DNA from: Thermotogota bacterium
GTDB lineage: Bacteria; Thermotogota; Thermotogae; Thermotogales; Fervidobacteriaceae
DNA length: 64,000 nucleotides
Assembly (NCBI GenBank): GCA_030550315.1
Contig: JAUQPP010000001.1
Span: forward strand, 11,348 to 75,347
Reading direction: 5' to 3'
The notes below the pieces were generated by a model. It saw nothing but the letters and a program-made list of their open reading frames with translations, was not told where the DNA came from and made no database searches. Positions 33,642 through 43,254 of the stretch are shown here, piece after piece (position 1 is the stretch's first letter; the number at the start of each line of letters is the position of its first letter). The position numbers were made by a program, and so were the translations under genes.

Positions 33642-35066
33642 ATGCCTCAGTTGCGAAAGACGAAAATAGTTGCGACCTTAGGACCAGCCACAGAATCTGA
33701 GGAGGGTATTCTGAGACTGTTAAAATGCGGGGTCGATGTTTTCAGGTTGAATTCCTCGCACGAGACAATAGAAGTGCACAGGGAACGAATTCGGCGACTA
33801 AAATCTATTCGGCAACGTGGGTATAATTTCGCAATATTGTTGGATCTTGCTGGGCCAAAGATTCGTACTGGAAAATTTGAGACGGAGTACGTAACCCTTG
33901 AAGATGGGGCGGAAGTCGAAATCGTTTGTGGTGAGGAATTTGTCGGTAATGCAAAGAGATTTTGGATAAACTACGATAGGTTGTACGAAGAAATCAAACC
34001 TTTCGAACACATACTAATTAACGATGGTGCTATTGATCTTGAAGTTAAAGACGTGATAAAGTCCCAAAAGACTGTTTTATGTACTGTGAAACGTGGTGGT
34101 ACCATTACGCACAAAAGGGGTGTGAACCTTCCCGGCGTCGACATTTCGATACCTTCTGTGACTGACAGAGACAGGGAATTCATCAAAATGGGAAATGAAG
34201 AAATGATAGATTATTTTGCTCTTTCGTTTGTTAGAAAGGCCAAGGACGTCAAAGATGCGAAAGCGCTTACCGGCATCCCGATCGTTGCTAAAATTGAAAC
34301 GGCCCAAGCGTTGGATAATCTTGAAGAAATAATTCTGGCTTCCGATGCCGTTATGGTTGCTCGCGGTGATTTAGGAGTGGAGATCCCCGTGGCACAAGTT
34401 CCTATTGCGCAAAAAAGGATTATCGAAATCGCAAACCTTTACAAGAAGCCAGTCATTACGGCTACACAAATGCTCGAAAGCATGGTTCAGAATCCAACAC
34501 CAACACGTGCCGAAATAACGGACATTTCCAACGCTATACTTGATGGTACCGATGCGATAATGTTATCAGCTGAGACTTCGGTTGGAAAGTACCCATGTGA
34601 AGCTGTAAAGGTCATGGACGAGGTTGCAAGAAATACGGAAGCGTATATGGAGGAGTACGAAAACTACAAAATCGAATGGCTGAGGGAATACAGTTCATCG
34701 CTAGATACACCGAGTGCGATATCCTACGCTGCGGTTACGCTCGCGAGGAATGTCGAGGCCAAGCTCATAATTACCGCAACGAGTACCGGAGCAACGGCAA
34801 TTCATGTGGCCAAATTCAAACCATCCGTTCCCGTTCTTGCGGCAACGCACGACGACACCACTTACCATAGACTCTCACTTGTTTGGGGCGTTATTCCTGT
34901 CAAGATTGAGGCAAGTCTGACTACGGATCAGATGATTGAACGCGTGATTCAGGTAGCCAAAGAAACAGCAATGGTAAAGAGTGGAGACACGATTGTTCTT
35001 GTGGCTGGGATACCGTGGGGCAAACCTGGAACAACAAACACAGTGCAGGTTCACGTGATATCTTAA
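33642..35066 (+). CDS. pyk: Pyruvate kinase
   Basis: ORF 33609..35066. ATG at 33642 follows GGGAGGTG. Motifs KIVATLGPAT, FRLNSSHE, AKIE, MVARGDLGVEIP and TQMLESM are present. Confidence 0.92.
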   Translation: MPQLRKTKIVATLGPATESEEGILRLLKCGVDVFRLNSSHETIEVHRERIRRLKSIRQRGYNFAILLDLAGPKIRTGKFETEYVTLEDGAEVEIVCGEEFVGNAKRFWINYDRLYEEIKPFEHILINDGAIDLEVKDVIKSQKTVLCTVKRGGTITHKRGVNLPGVDISIPSVTDRDREFIKMGNEEMIDYFALSFVRKAKDVKDAKALTGIPIVAKIETAQALDNLEEIILASDAVMVARGDLGVEIPVAQVPIAQKRIIEIANLYKKPVITATQMLESMVQNPTPTRAEITDISNAILDGTDAIMLSAETSVGKYPCEAVKVMDEVARNTEAYMEEYENYKIEWLREYSSSLDTPSAISYAAVTLARNVEAKLIITATSTGATAIHVAKFKPSVPVLAATHDDTTYHRLSLVWGVIPVKIEASLTTDQMIERVIQVAKETAMVKSGDTIVLVAGIPWGKPGTTNTVQVHVIS

Positions 35067-35100
35067 GGTTCCTAGAGCACTCAATCTGGGGGGACTGTCA

Positions 35101-35973
35101 TTGGGGTGCGAACTTTTGAGGAAACGGTTCATACTTGAAACCTTGCCACCACGAGGCTCGAATTACGAAAAATACGTTGATTTTTGCCTGGGAGCAGTGG
35201 ATAACGGTGCGCAAGTGATTGCAGTAACGGATCTTCCGATGGGTAGCTCGCGAGTATCTCCAATAGCCCCGGCACATATACTCGTGGAAAAGGGTGTTGA
35301 AGTACTCATGCATTTCTCAAGAACGACCCGCAACGCGCTACGTATTGAAGGAGACCTAATAGCCGCGCACATGCTTGGTATAAAAAACCTTCTCATCCTT
35401 TCAGGTGATGATCCTCGCGTGGGGACGTATCCATTTGCATCGTACATCGAAGATTTTTCTATTTATGACGTATTTAAACTTACGGAATTGATGAACAGGA
35501 ATAACGAAAATCTTGCCGGTGTGAGACTTTACGGAAAATTCGACTTTTGTTGTGGAGGAGTATTTAGTCCGTATGAGAAAGATATCGCAGGAACAGTCAA
35601 CAGAATGAGAGGGAAATTCGACAACGGATGTGCTTTTTTCATTTCACAACCTGTCTTTTTACCGGAAGTGATGGAAACGTTTTTCACTAAAGCCCAAGAG
35701 CTCGATGAGGAAATGTTCTCTAAAGCAAAGATATACGTCGCATTGATGATATTTGAGACGGTTTCGCAGATGGAATACTTTTCGAAAGTCCCAGGTGTCT
35801 ACGTTCCCAGAGAGTACTTTCGTCCCAGAAAAGACGAAGACTTAAAGAGGTATTCCCTGAATAAAGCGCTACATGTAGTGGAATCTTTGAGAGCCTATGT
35901 CCATGGTTTTTACCTTACCGCAACTGTTAGGGATTTTGAGATAATAAGGCTAATGGCCGAAGCAATTCTGTGA
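35101..35973 (+). CDS. metF: Methylenetetrahydrofolate reductase-like protein
   Basis: 290 aa. TTG start 6 nt after GGGGGGA. MTHFR-like pattern: LETLPP...IAVTD.PMGS.R.S......VEVLMHFSR..RN...IEGDL..A...GI.N.L.LSGD. Confidence 0.7.
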   Translation: MGCELLRKRFILETLPPRGSNYEKYVDFCLGAVDNGAQVIAVTDLPMGSSRVSPIAPAHILVEKGVEVLMHFSRTTRNALRIEGDLIAAHMLGIKNLLILSGDDPRVGTYPFASYIEDFSIYDVFKLTELMNRNNENLAGVRLYGKFDFCCGGVFSPYEKDIAGTVNRMRGKFDNGCAFFISQPVFLPEVMETFFTKAQELDEEMFSKAKIYVALMIFETVSQMEYFSKVPGVYVPREYFRPRKDEDLKRYSLNKALHVVESLRAYVHGFYLTATVRDFEIIRLMAEAIL

Positions 35974-35988
35974 GGAGCGAAACGCGAA

Positions 35989-38229
35989 ATGTTCTATCAA
36001 ATTGCAATCTCCGGCCTCAGCTACAACTCTTTACATTGGTACGAATCTCCAGAATGTATAAGTATTGGCGAACGTGTTCTTGTTTCTTATAAAGGTCGAA
36101 AGACCGTGGGCTATGTGGTAGGATACTCTGAACATAGTCCTGGGGAGTCTCTGGGTACCATCGTTGAGAGATTGGATTTTGCCTCTTTTCTCGAAGACTG
36201 GAGAGTCAGAGCACTGCTTCGCACAGCAGAAAAACACGGTGGAGGTTACGGAAAGTACTTTGACTTGTGCTTTCCTCCGAGGTTTGACGATTATTACGTG
36301 CTTTACGTTGAAAGTCTAAGCCCATTACTAAACTTCGAGCGTATAACTTTTCAGGAGTTCAAGAAGATACCGAACTACAAAGATTACATACAAAATGGTC
36401 TTGTCAGGATATACAAGGACTTCAGCGTTAAAACACCCAAGCCCAGGGAAGAATATTACGTGACTTTGAAGGTTTCACCCGCCAGTATTCGAAGTGTCAG
36501 ACTCTCTTCGGCACAATCAAGGGTTGTGAACTATCTTTTGTTGAATGACGGTGTTAGCCTTTCCGAAGTTCTCGAAATGACTGAGGTTTCACGCGATGTA
36601 ATTGTACAATTAAAAAACAAGGGAATCATATTGCTAAGTAAAGAAACTGTTCTGCGCAACGTTCAAGGAAACGGTGTTCAGTTAAGTCAGGAGCAAATAA
36701 ACTCTGTGGAAGCGATTAAAACCTCAAAAGGCCATACCTTATTAATGGGACCGACAGGGAGTGGAAAAACAGAAGTGTACCTTGAAGTAATGAAAAACTA
36801 CCTTTCAATTGGCCGAGTGCTCTATCTCGTACCTGAAGTATCCCTTACAGAGCAAACCTTAGCGCGCATTAAGCGTAAATTTCCCGAACTTTCTGTAAGT
36901 ACCTACCACAGCTACTTAACCGATGCCAAAAGGGTGGAAGTTTGGGCAAGGGCAGTTAGAGGTGAAATAGATGTTCTTGTTGGACCGAGGAGCGCAGCGT
37001 TTGTTCCATTAAAGAACCTAAAGCTGGTGATTGTAGATGAAGAGCACGACGAGAGTTATCATAACAACTCCGAGCCGTCTTACTGGCTTCATACGCTCCT
37101 TGAAAACTTTCCCGTTAAGGTAGTGTACGGTTCAGCAACGCCCTCGCTAAAACATTACTACCTTGCGCGACAAGTCGGTAGCATGGACTTTGCGATGTTA
37201 ACCAAAAGGTACAACGTCGAACTTCCACAAGTTCAAGTAGTTGACATGAAACGCGAAAAAAGGGTTAGTAATTCAATATCCAAAACTTTATACGAAGAGA
37301 TTAAGAGAACCATTGAAGAAGGTAAGTCGGTGCTTGTATTTACGCGTCGTAAGGGTTTCTCCAGGGTTCAATGCGCTGTCTGTGGATACGTGCTCAAGTG
37401 CCACCAGTGTGATGTTAGTCTTGTGTACCATTCTGATTCGGAGATCTTGAAATGTCATGTATGCGGTTATCAGACCAAATTGATGTCGAGTTGTCCACGG
37501 TGCGGTTCAACCATGTTCATCGATAAAGGTACTGGTACAGAAAAAATCGAACGTGAGCTTAAGTTGTTGTTTCCAGGCAGGGTGATAGGCCGGCTGGATG
37601 CAGAAGTTGCCGATGAGCCTGAAAAAATAAAGCAGGTATTTGAGCGACTACGTGAAGGAAAGGTGGATATCCTGGTAGGTACAAAGATGATAACCAAGGG
37701 TCTGGACGTTTACAGAATAGGGCTTGTTGGCGTTGTGGACGTTGACGCACTCGTCTCGTATCCTGATGTCAACGCACCACTGAGAACGTTTCAGCTACTC
37801 GTCCAGGTTGTTGGACGGTCAGGAAGAAACGAAAAAGGGACTGCTGTAATTCAAACTTACAACCCCGAACACCCATTGATAACCTACGCACAACTCCAAG
37901 ATGTGGATAGTTACTACGAAGCTGAGCTTAAGCTCAGAAGAGCGCTAAAGTATCCTCCTTTTTCTGAAATGGTAGAGCTAATATACGCTAATTCCAACAA
38001 AGAAACAGCATTTGAAACGGCGGAGGTTGCTGTTTCCAAGATTGAGAAAGTGCTCTCAATAGATGAAGAGGTTCTCGGTCCAACTGAACCTCCAATACCG
38101 AAAATGATGAACAAATATAGGTATCAAATCATCGTAAAAAGTTTGGATGCAAGGAAAATAATCAGACTTTCGGAAGAACTAAAGCGGGACTTCCCGGGTG
38201 ATTGGCAAGTTAGGGTGATTGAAATCTAA
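35989..38229 (+). CDS. priA: Primosomal replication restart helicase PriA
   Basis: 746 aa. Walker A GPTGSGKTEVY, DEEHD, and a Cys-rich insertion (CAVCGY..KCHQCD...LKCHVCGY...CPRCGS). Confidence 0.93.
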   Translation: MFYQIAISGLSYNSLHWYESPECISIGERVLVSYKGRKTVGYVVGYSEHSPGESLGTIVERLDFASFLEDWRVRALLRTAEKHGGGYGKYFDLCFPPRFDDYYVLYVESLSPLLNFERITFQEFKKIPNYKDYIQNGLVRIYKDFSVKTPKPREEYYVTLKVSPASIRSVRLSSAQSRVVNYLLLNDGVSLSEVLEMTEVSRDVIVQLKNKGIILLSKETVLRNVQGNGVQLSQEQINSVEAIKTSKGHTLLMGPTGSGKTEVYLEVMKNYLSIGRVLYLVPEVSLTEQTLARIKRKFPELSVSTYHSYLTDAKRVEVWARAVRGEIDVLVGPRSAAFVPLKNLKLVIVDEEHDESYHNNSEPSYWLHTLLENFPVKVVYGSATPSLKHYYLARQVGSMDFAMLTKRYNVELPQVQVVDMKREKRVSNSISKTLYEEIKRTIEEGKSVLVFTRRKGFSRVQCAVCGYVLKCHQCDVSLVYHSDSEILKCHVCGYQTKLMSSCPRCGSTMFIDKGTGTEKIERELKLLFPGRVIGRLDAEVADEPEKIKQVFERLREGKVDILVGTKMITKGLDVYRIGLVGVVDVDALVSYPDVNAPLRTFQLLVQVVGRSGRNEKGTAVIQTYNPEHPLITYAQLQDVDSYYEAELKLRRALKYPPFSEMVELIYANSNKETAFETAEVAVSKIEKVLSIDEEVLGPTEPPIPKMMNKYRYQIIVKSLDARKIIRLSEELKRDFPGDWQVRVIEI

Positions 38230-38625
38230 TGCTCCAGTGTGAAAGATACTTCCGAGGAACCAGCACGATTCTACAAATAGATTAACAAAAGTTTAGTAAA
38301 ATTCCTAATATTTCGACGAATTCGACAAAATTTCCTGGAGATGTTGCTCCGTTTTCGTGGGGAATTAGTTACGCGTTTCGCAGCTTTGAAGATTTTGTAA
38401 AATGCCGTTAACATGGTATTTTTGCTCTGCGATCCTGCTGTGCTGATTTTCAGACGCGATACTGTAATCTACTACACTCACATTTCTCCGTTGCTGCAGT
38501 TTGTTTTTGAGCATTCGTAGCAAGATTTTCAACATGGACGATGTTTTCACTCAACTTAAACGATAATGAAACAATAATGTTCTCCGATCGCTTAACTGCA
38601 GCGCTTGACTTTAAAATGCCTTCTC

Positions 38626-38648
38626 AACAGCCTCCGCTGTTTTATTTT
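38626..38648 (+). terminator. Orphan hairpin + T-tract in the non-coding region downstream of priA
   Basis: AACAGC-CTCC-GCTGTT followed by TTATTTTC. It lies about 400 nt after the priA stop, so its function is uncertain. Confidence 0.3.
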
Positions 38649-38856
38649 CGGAAATTAGTCTTGCACATTCAATATTTCCTGATCTTTTCGTAAAGTTATC
38701 CGCGAGATTTTGCAACGGTTTGCGCATTCCCTGAGTTTTTTCTACAGCATTTTTCCGCGAAGTTGACCTGCTCTCCGCATTAAAATTCGAGGATTCTTCG
38801 TGCGGTATGCTAGGAAACTAACCTTAACCACACCGGACTGGCCAAGAACCCTACTC

Positions 38857-39929
38857 CTATTCCATTATTGCAATTCGAAGATACCTTTTTGAGTATGTTC
38901 TCAACGCTCCATTTACCTCAGCATTTATCACGGCTCCGCATTTTCTGCAAACATACAATAGCCCCCACACCTTGAACATGTTTGTGATGTGTACGATTCG
39001 CTTACTTGTATCACCGTTGTTATCCCTTTGTTTAACTGACCTATTACTATCGTACCTATTCCGTTGCTTAAACAGTATCCAACGATTTTCTGTGATGCTT
39101 TGTGCACGAACTGATATAGTTTTGCCTGTGGCTGTATAGCTTACGCAAGCGTTTAGATGTTTTGAGTTTTTGTCTATCAAGCATGGCTTTTAGCTTTGCC
39201 GTGGCCTTGTTGATTAATCTGAGCTTGGGCAAGATTACCTTTCAATCGATGATAAAGCTTCTTGTTCCAGAGCACGTTGCAAAGTTACTAACTCCAAGTC
39301 AATGGCTAAAGACTTGTTAGTATCCACGCGAATTTGTTTTTCTTGGTCTCTGAGAACATCGATAGTTTCTTGTAGATTATTCTAAGTGAGTAGCTGATGT
39401 GCCGAATGCAGCGATAGAGTTCTTGGTAACTCTATCCAAAAGTACCCGGACTCGGTTCCTTGAGAGGATTTTAAACACTGCTTTGGTTGTTTGGAAAGTG
39501 CCAAGCGAAGTTTCCGACCGATGACTCTAAAGCTTTGGTCTTTCCAAACGACAGGAAAATGACCTTTCTTTGGTAGCTATCGTAGACGATAGGTGTGAAT
39601 ATTGAAGGTATTTTTCCAAGCGAAAGGTTACGGGCAAAGAAATTATCCTTGAGCTTATATTCAAGTTCATAGATAGACACACCGTCTTTGTCAACCTCAT
39701 AGTTTGCAACGTTCCAAAGTTCAGAGGCAGAGTAAGTAAGGTGACCAAAAATGATGACAAGTTTCTTATCGGTTTTACGTGAAATATTTAAGACAAAAGC
39801 ATTTAGTTACAAACTCTGGCATTCTTCAATGTACCTCTTAATAGTTTCAGCAGAGACGTTGCCGTGTATTGCGGCAAAACAAGAATCTGCCAACAAATGT
39901 TTTGAATTACGCAATGTCGGAAATTTCAT
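38857..39929 (-). pseudogene. tnpB: Decayed IS200/IS605-family tnpB (OrfB/IS1341-like) remnant, no tnpA
   Basis: TnpB-like pieces are scattered over different frames: ..AIDL then (frame shift) GVSNFATCSGTRSFIID*; FVHKASQKIVGYCLSNGIGTIVIGQLNKGI...SESYTSQTCSRCG; then (frame shift) CRKCGAVINAEVNGALRT. There is also an in-frame TAA after residue 40 of the first ORF. The positions expected to hold RuvC acidic residues also look mutated (IVIGQL, NAEVNGA). Confidence 0.65.
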
Positions 39930-40156
39930 TCTAAGTTTTCGTGCGGTTGTTCCTTAATATTTAATTAATTTATATTGTTTTAGCGAAATGTTCTTTCCGC
40001 ACTTTGGAATCCAAATGCAAGATCAAAAATCTGCATACTCGCATTAAAATTCGGGGCTTTAGAGCTTTAAAGCGTTGTAACGCCAAGGTTTGCCCTGAGA
40101 TTAAAGATTTTAGATAACGGTTTCAAGTTTTTTACCTCACCTTGCAACAATCTCTG

Positions 40157-40738
40157 TCAGAAGTTTTTGAAAGCCTTTACCCAAAAGACATACTGTAGAA
40201 CTCTGTTGTTAATTAATCTTACTTTGGGTCTTGCTTTTAGCTGTTCCAAGATGTAAGGAGTTAACAATTCTGTGTTTTCTAAGATTATGTTATACCCATC
40301 TCTTGTGCTCTCGACGAGTATCTTGTAATTGTATTTCAAATATTCATCACTGGTTTGCAAGTACCCAAGCTCTTTTAAGGTTGGGAAACTTAGCATCGAA
40401 ATTCTATGTCCACCGCTTAGATACCGCCGGATGATTTTCTCAAGCTTTAGAAAATCTTCATAGATGCGCTCGACATCATCTGTTCTAACGCTGGACTCAA
40501 CAATGGTTGTAAGTGTTCCATCATTGGTAACTATTATCAAAGAAGTTTCACCTTCAGTAATACGTTTTGGTTCGGTATCAGAACTCATGTTGTTGTTAGC
40601 GTTTGTCGAATCGATGGGAAAAACTTTCGATTTGACAGAGGTAGGTGCGATGGGTGTGTTGAACTCACGATTCGATGTTAGGGAAATTACAATAATAATT
40701 GCTAACAAAAGTGCCAAGAAGATGAGTTTCTTAATCAT
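40157..40738 (-). CDS. Hypothetical membrane-anchored or secreted protein (193 aa)
   Basis: N-terminal hydrophobic MIKKLIFLALLLAIIIVISL. No recognised motif. Starts 7 nt after the end of the permease gene. Confidence 0.55.
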   Translation of the reverse strand: MIKKLIFLALLLAIIIVISLTSNREFNTPIAPTSVKSKVFPIDSTNANNNMSSDTEPKRITEGETSLIIVTNDGTLTTIVESSVRTDDVERIYEDFLKLEKIIRRYLSGGHRISMLSFPTLKELGYLQTSDEYLKYNYKILVESTRDGYNIILENTELLTPYILEQLKARPKVRLINNRVLQYVFWVKAFKNF

Positions 40739-40745
40739 GAACTTA

Positions 40746-41876
40746 TCACCTCATCTTTTTTGATGGTAATTTTTCAATTCGTAGCTTTAGAATTATTACT
40801 AATGCCATGATGACGCTCAAAGTCCACGTAAATATGGAATTTGCCTGCGAAAGGTTACTCACGTCACGCTCTCCGAAGAACTGCATCACTCGAGTGAGGT
40901 ACACCGCAGTCGTTGACGGCATGAGCTTTATAACTTCCCAGAGTGATGCGGGTATGGAAGATATCGGCGTCAATGCACCACTGCTCAGTAGAAATAAAAA
41001 GCTCAATGTTGAGCTAAGAAGGTAGGCTGTTAACGAGGATTTTGAGATGGTGGATATCAGTAATCCGAGCATGGAATAAAAGATGGCATTGTTAAGAACA
41101 AGTAGCGCTACCATCGAAGTCTTAATTCTTAGACCTAGAGCGGCAAATAAGCCAAACGAAGCAAATCCTGCACTTGCAGAGAGGACGAAGGTGGGTAATA
41201 ACTTTAGGAGAAGAAGTATCAACGGTGAGAAATTCGCAAGTGCATAGTGTGTTGTAAGATTTTCCTCATGGTCACGTACGATTACTCCACTTCCAATAAC
41301 TATTCCGGCAAACATGATGCTTAAGAAAATAAGTGCTGGTGCGAAGACTTGAGAAAAGTCCAGCCCCTTCTCTGTGATGAGCTCTGGGGCGGGGACACTC
41401 TTTGAAACGTACATTTGCCTGAGGACTTGAGGGTTGAAGAATGGCCCTCCACCAAGGTCGTCAAAAAGTTTCTTGAAGACCAGAAATGCAGCAGCTGAAA
41501 GATGTGTATCCACAGGACTTGGCACGTAGTAAAGTTTAGTGCGCTTTGCGGAAAAGAGTGAGGACGTGAAATCCTCCGGAATGATGACTACAGCATGATA
41601 TTCACCGGACATGAGCTTTTGTTCGTAATCTTCTCCAACGTACGAAACCGTACCACCTCGGAACAGTGACATTACAACGCCAACCGTGAACTTTGAAAGT
41701 GGTGATCTGTCCCTACTATAAACACCTATCCTAAGATTCTGAGTTCCAAGTGATTTAAAAAATAGACCTCCGAGCGTAATTAGAACAAGAGGCATAATTG
41801 TAATTGCTAGATACGTCGACGGTCGTCGGAGGAATCTTCGAAATTCCAATTTTAGAAGTTTTAAAAAAATCTTCAT
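40746..41876 (-). CDS. ABC-2 type transporter permease
   Basis: ORF 40746..41936. The likely ATG is at 41876. Layout is an N-terminal TM, a large extracytoplasmic loop, then 5 C-terminal TM segments, which is typical of YhhJ/ABC-2 permeases. No ATPase gene is adjacent. Confidence 0.7.
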   Translation of the reverse strand: MKIFLKLLKLEFRRFLRRPSTYLAITIMPLVLITLGGLFFKSLGTQNLRIGVYSRDRSPLSKFTVGVVMSLFRGGTVSYVGEDYEQKLMSGEYHAVVIIPEDFTSSLFSAKRTKLYYVPSPVDTHLSAAAFLVFKKLFDDLGGGPFFNPQVLRQMYVSKSVPAPELITEKGLDFSQVFAPALIFLSIMFAGIVIGSGVIVRDHEENLTTHYALANFSPLILLLLKLLPTFVLSASAGFASFGLFAALGLRIKTSMVALLVLNNAIFYSMLGLLISTISKSSLTAYLLSSTLSFLFLLSSGALTPISSIPASLWEVIKLMPSTTAVYLTRVMQFFGERDVSNLSQANSIFTWTLSVIMALVIILKLRIEKLPSKKMR

Positions 41877-41910
41877 ACTTTCATCTTCCTCAGCGCTGTT
41901 TTGAGCAAGT

Positions 41911-42621
41911 TCAAAACCAGAGCTTAAGGGCAACACTATGTTGCCAGTGGTTTCTGAATCGTTCGAAACTTGGGGAATCGATTAATACCAATGGATCGGC
42001 GTACGGGCCAAAAGCTGCCCAGATTACGTTGTAACCGATGGAATATCTTAAAGACGATATATAAGCTGTATTCATTGAAATTTCGATGCTGAACACCAGT
42101 CTTCCAAGTAAATTTAGAAGGTGAATTCTATTCTCGTGCGGAAAGCCGAACTCATCAAAATCTTCAAGAGTTTTCGAGTTTCCAAGTGAGATCGAAACGC
42201 TTTCAATTGATAAACCAATTCCCAAGCCACAACTTATTTTTACATCTTTCCGATGAATTAGCCTGGACCAGAAATCGTAGTAACCACCACGATGCCAGTA
42301 CTTAACACCCGAAAGTTTGAAGAAGTTCGAAAAAGTTGAAAACAAAGTGAAACCATCTCTTAGGAAGTTAGGATTATTAACATCAGCGCTCTTTTCGAAT
42401 GAGTAGAATATGGAAAGTTCATCAAAAAATGAAACCGACTCTTTCACTTGAGGAGTAAACTGTAAAAACAGCGGCGACAGATTAACGTGTGAAAGACCGT
42501 ACCAATCCTCGAAGAGACTCGATGCTGGTGATTTAGTAGAAAACAAAGTACTAAAAATCAGGAAAAGCAGCGAAAAAACGAACCACCTGGGATATTCAGT
42601 CTGTTTGACGCGCTTTAACAT
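41911..42621 (-). CDS. Hypothetical secreted protein with an outer-membrane beta-barrel-like C-terminus
   Basis: 236 aa. Signal-like FVFSLLFLIFSTLFS. It is rich in aromatic and alternating residues and ends ...HSVALKLWF (terminal Phe). Confidence 0.5.
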   Translation of the reverse strand: MLKRVKQTEYPRWFVFSLLFLIFSTLFSTKSPASSLFEDWYGLSHVNLSPLFLQFTPQVKESVSFFDELSIFYSFEKSADVNNPNFLRDGFTLFSTFSNFFKLSGVKYWHRGGYYDFWSRLIHRKDVKISCGLGIGLSIESVSISLGNSKTLEDFDEFGFPHENRIHLLNLLGRLVFSIEISMNTAYISSLRYSIGYNVIWAAFGPYADPLVLIDSPSFERFRNHWQHSVALKLWF

Positions 42622-42798
42622 CTTCCAACCTCCAACTGCTCAACGAAATATTATCTATCTTTTTTTCAATTTGATATTTTACCATAGGAGTCCTAAATCA
42701 TAAACTTCTGGGTCTAAATTTTTAACCTCTTTGAGCAACTGGCAAGTGCGTTTGTTCCAGCGGTCCAGCTGAACAACTTTTTTAGAGAAAAGGGGTAC

Positions 42799-42827
42799 TT
42801 GACAGAATTCAGGGTTCATAGTAAAAT
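42799..42827 (+). promoter_or_regulatory. Promoter of the tRNA-Val/tRNA-Gln pair
   Basis: TTGACA (42799-42804), 17-nt spacer, TAAAAT (42822-42827), 20 nt upstream of tRNA-Val. Confidence 0.6.
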
Positions 42828-42846
42828 GTCTTACGCTGGCTGGAGT

Positions 42847-42921
42847 GGGTGCGTAGCTCAGTGGGAGAGCGCTTCCTTGACGCGGAAGAGGTCGTAGGTT
42901 CAATCCCTGCCGCACCCACCA
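42847..42921 (+). tRNA. tRNA-Val (anticodon GAC)
   Basis: GGGTGCGTAGCTCAGTGGGAGAGCGCTTCCTTGACGCGGAAGAGGTCGTAGGTTCAATCCCTGCCGCACCCACCA. Anticodon loop is TTGACGC. CCA is encoded. Confidence 0.9.
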
Positions 42922-42994
42922 GCTTTTTTTGAGCTAACGTGGCTGGAGGCGTACATCATCGCTCAGGAAATTGGCGATACGGCGCTTTTGGCGC

Positions 42995-43069
42995 TGGGGC
43001 GTCGTCTAATTGGCAGGACCCCGGACTTTGGCTCCGGTTGTGTAGGTTCGAGTCCTACCGCCCCAGCCA
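42995..43069 (+). tRNA. tRNA-Gln (anticodon UUG)
   Basis: TGGGGCGTCGTCTAATTGGCAGGACCCCGGACTTTGGCTCCGGTTGTGTAGGTTCGAGTCCTACCGCCCCAGCCA. Anticodon loop is CTTTGGC. CCA is encoded. Confidence 0.9.
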
Positions 43070-43079
43070 CGAAAGGAAA

Positions 43080-43110
43080 AAGGGCGCTATAAACAGCGCC
43101 CTTATTTTTG
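43080..43110 (+). terminator. Rho-independent terminator after the tRNA pair
   Basis: AAGGGCGCT-ATAAAC-AGCGCCCTT followed by ATTTTTGG. Confidence 0.7.
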
Positions 43111-43191
43111 GTAGTACCCTGCAGTTTTTCACTCTCAAGGTTCTCGAACGCCCGACTGGGTGTAAGCAACAAAAAATTCACACTGACTTTA

Positions 43192-43220
43192 TTGTTTTTT
43201 TGAAGAAGCATGGTTATAAT
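43192..43220 (+). promoter_or_regulatory. Candidate promoter of the str operon
   Basis: TTGTTT (43192-43197), 17-nt spacer, TATAAT (43215-43220), 35 nt upstream of rpsL. Confidence 0.4.
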
Positions 43221-43254
43221 ATCACACGATATGATTTTTGGAGGGAGGGTTAAG

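Noticed and set aside
35098-35447. Minus-strand ORFs 35098..35313 and 35163..35447, opposite the start of the metF-like gene.
   Set aside because: They are antisense to a gene with an MTHFR-like motif pattern and have no independent support.
38365-38550. 61-aa minus-strand ORF in the non-coding stretch downstream of the tnpB remnant.
   Set aside because: It has no RBS and no motif, and it lies in a region full of stops in all frames. It is more likely chance or decayed sequence.
42679-43253. Track ORFs 42679..42915 (-), 42939..43253 (+) and 42963..43211 (-).
   Set aside because: They overlap tRNA-Val, tRNA-Gln, their promoter and their terminator. The tRNA cloverleaves explain the sequence.
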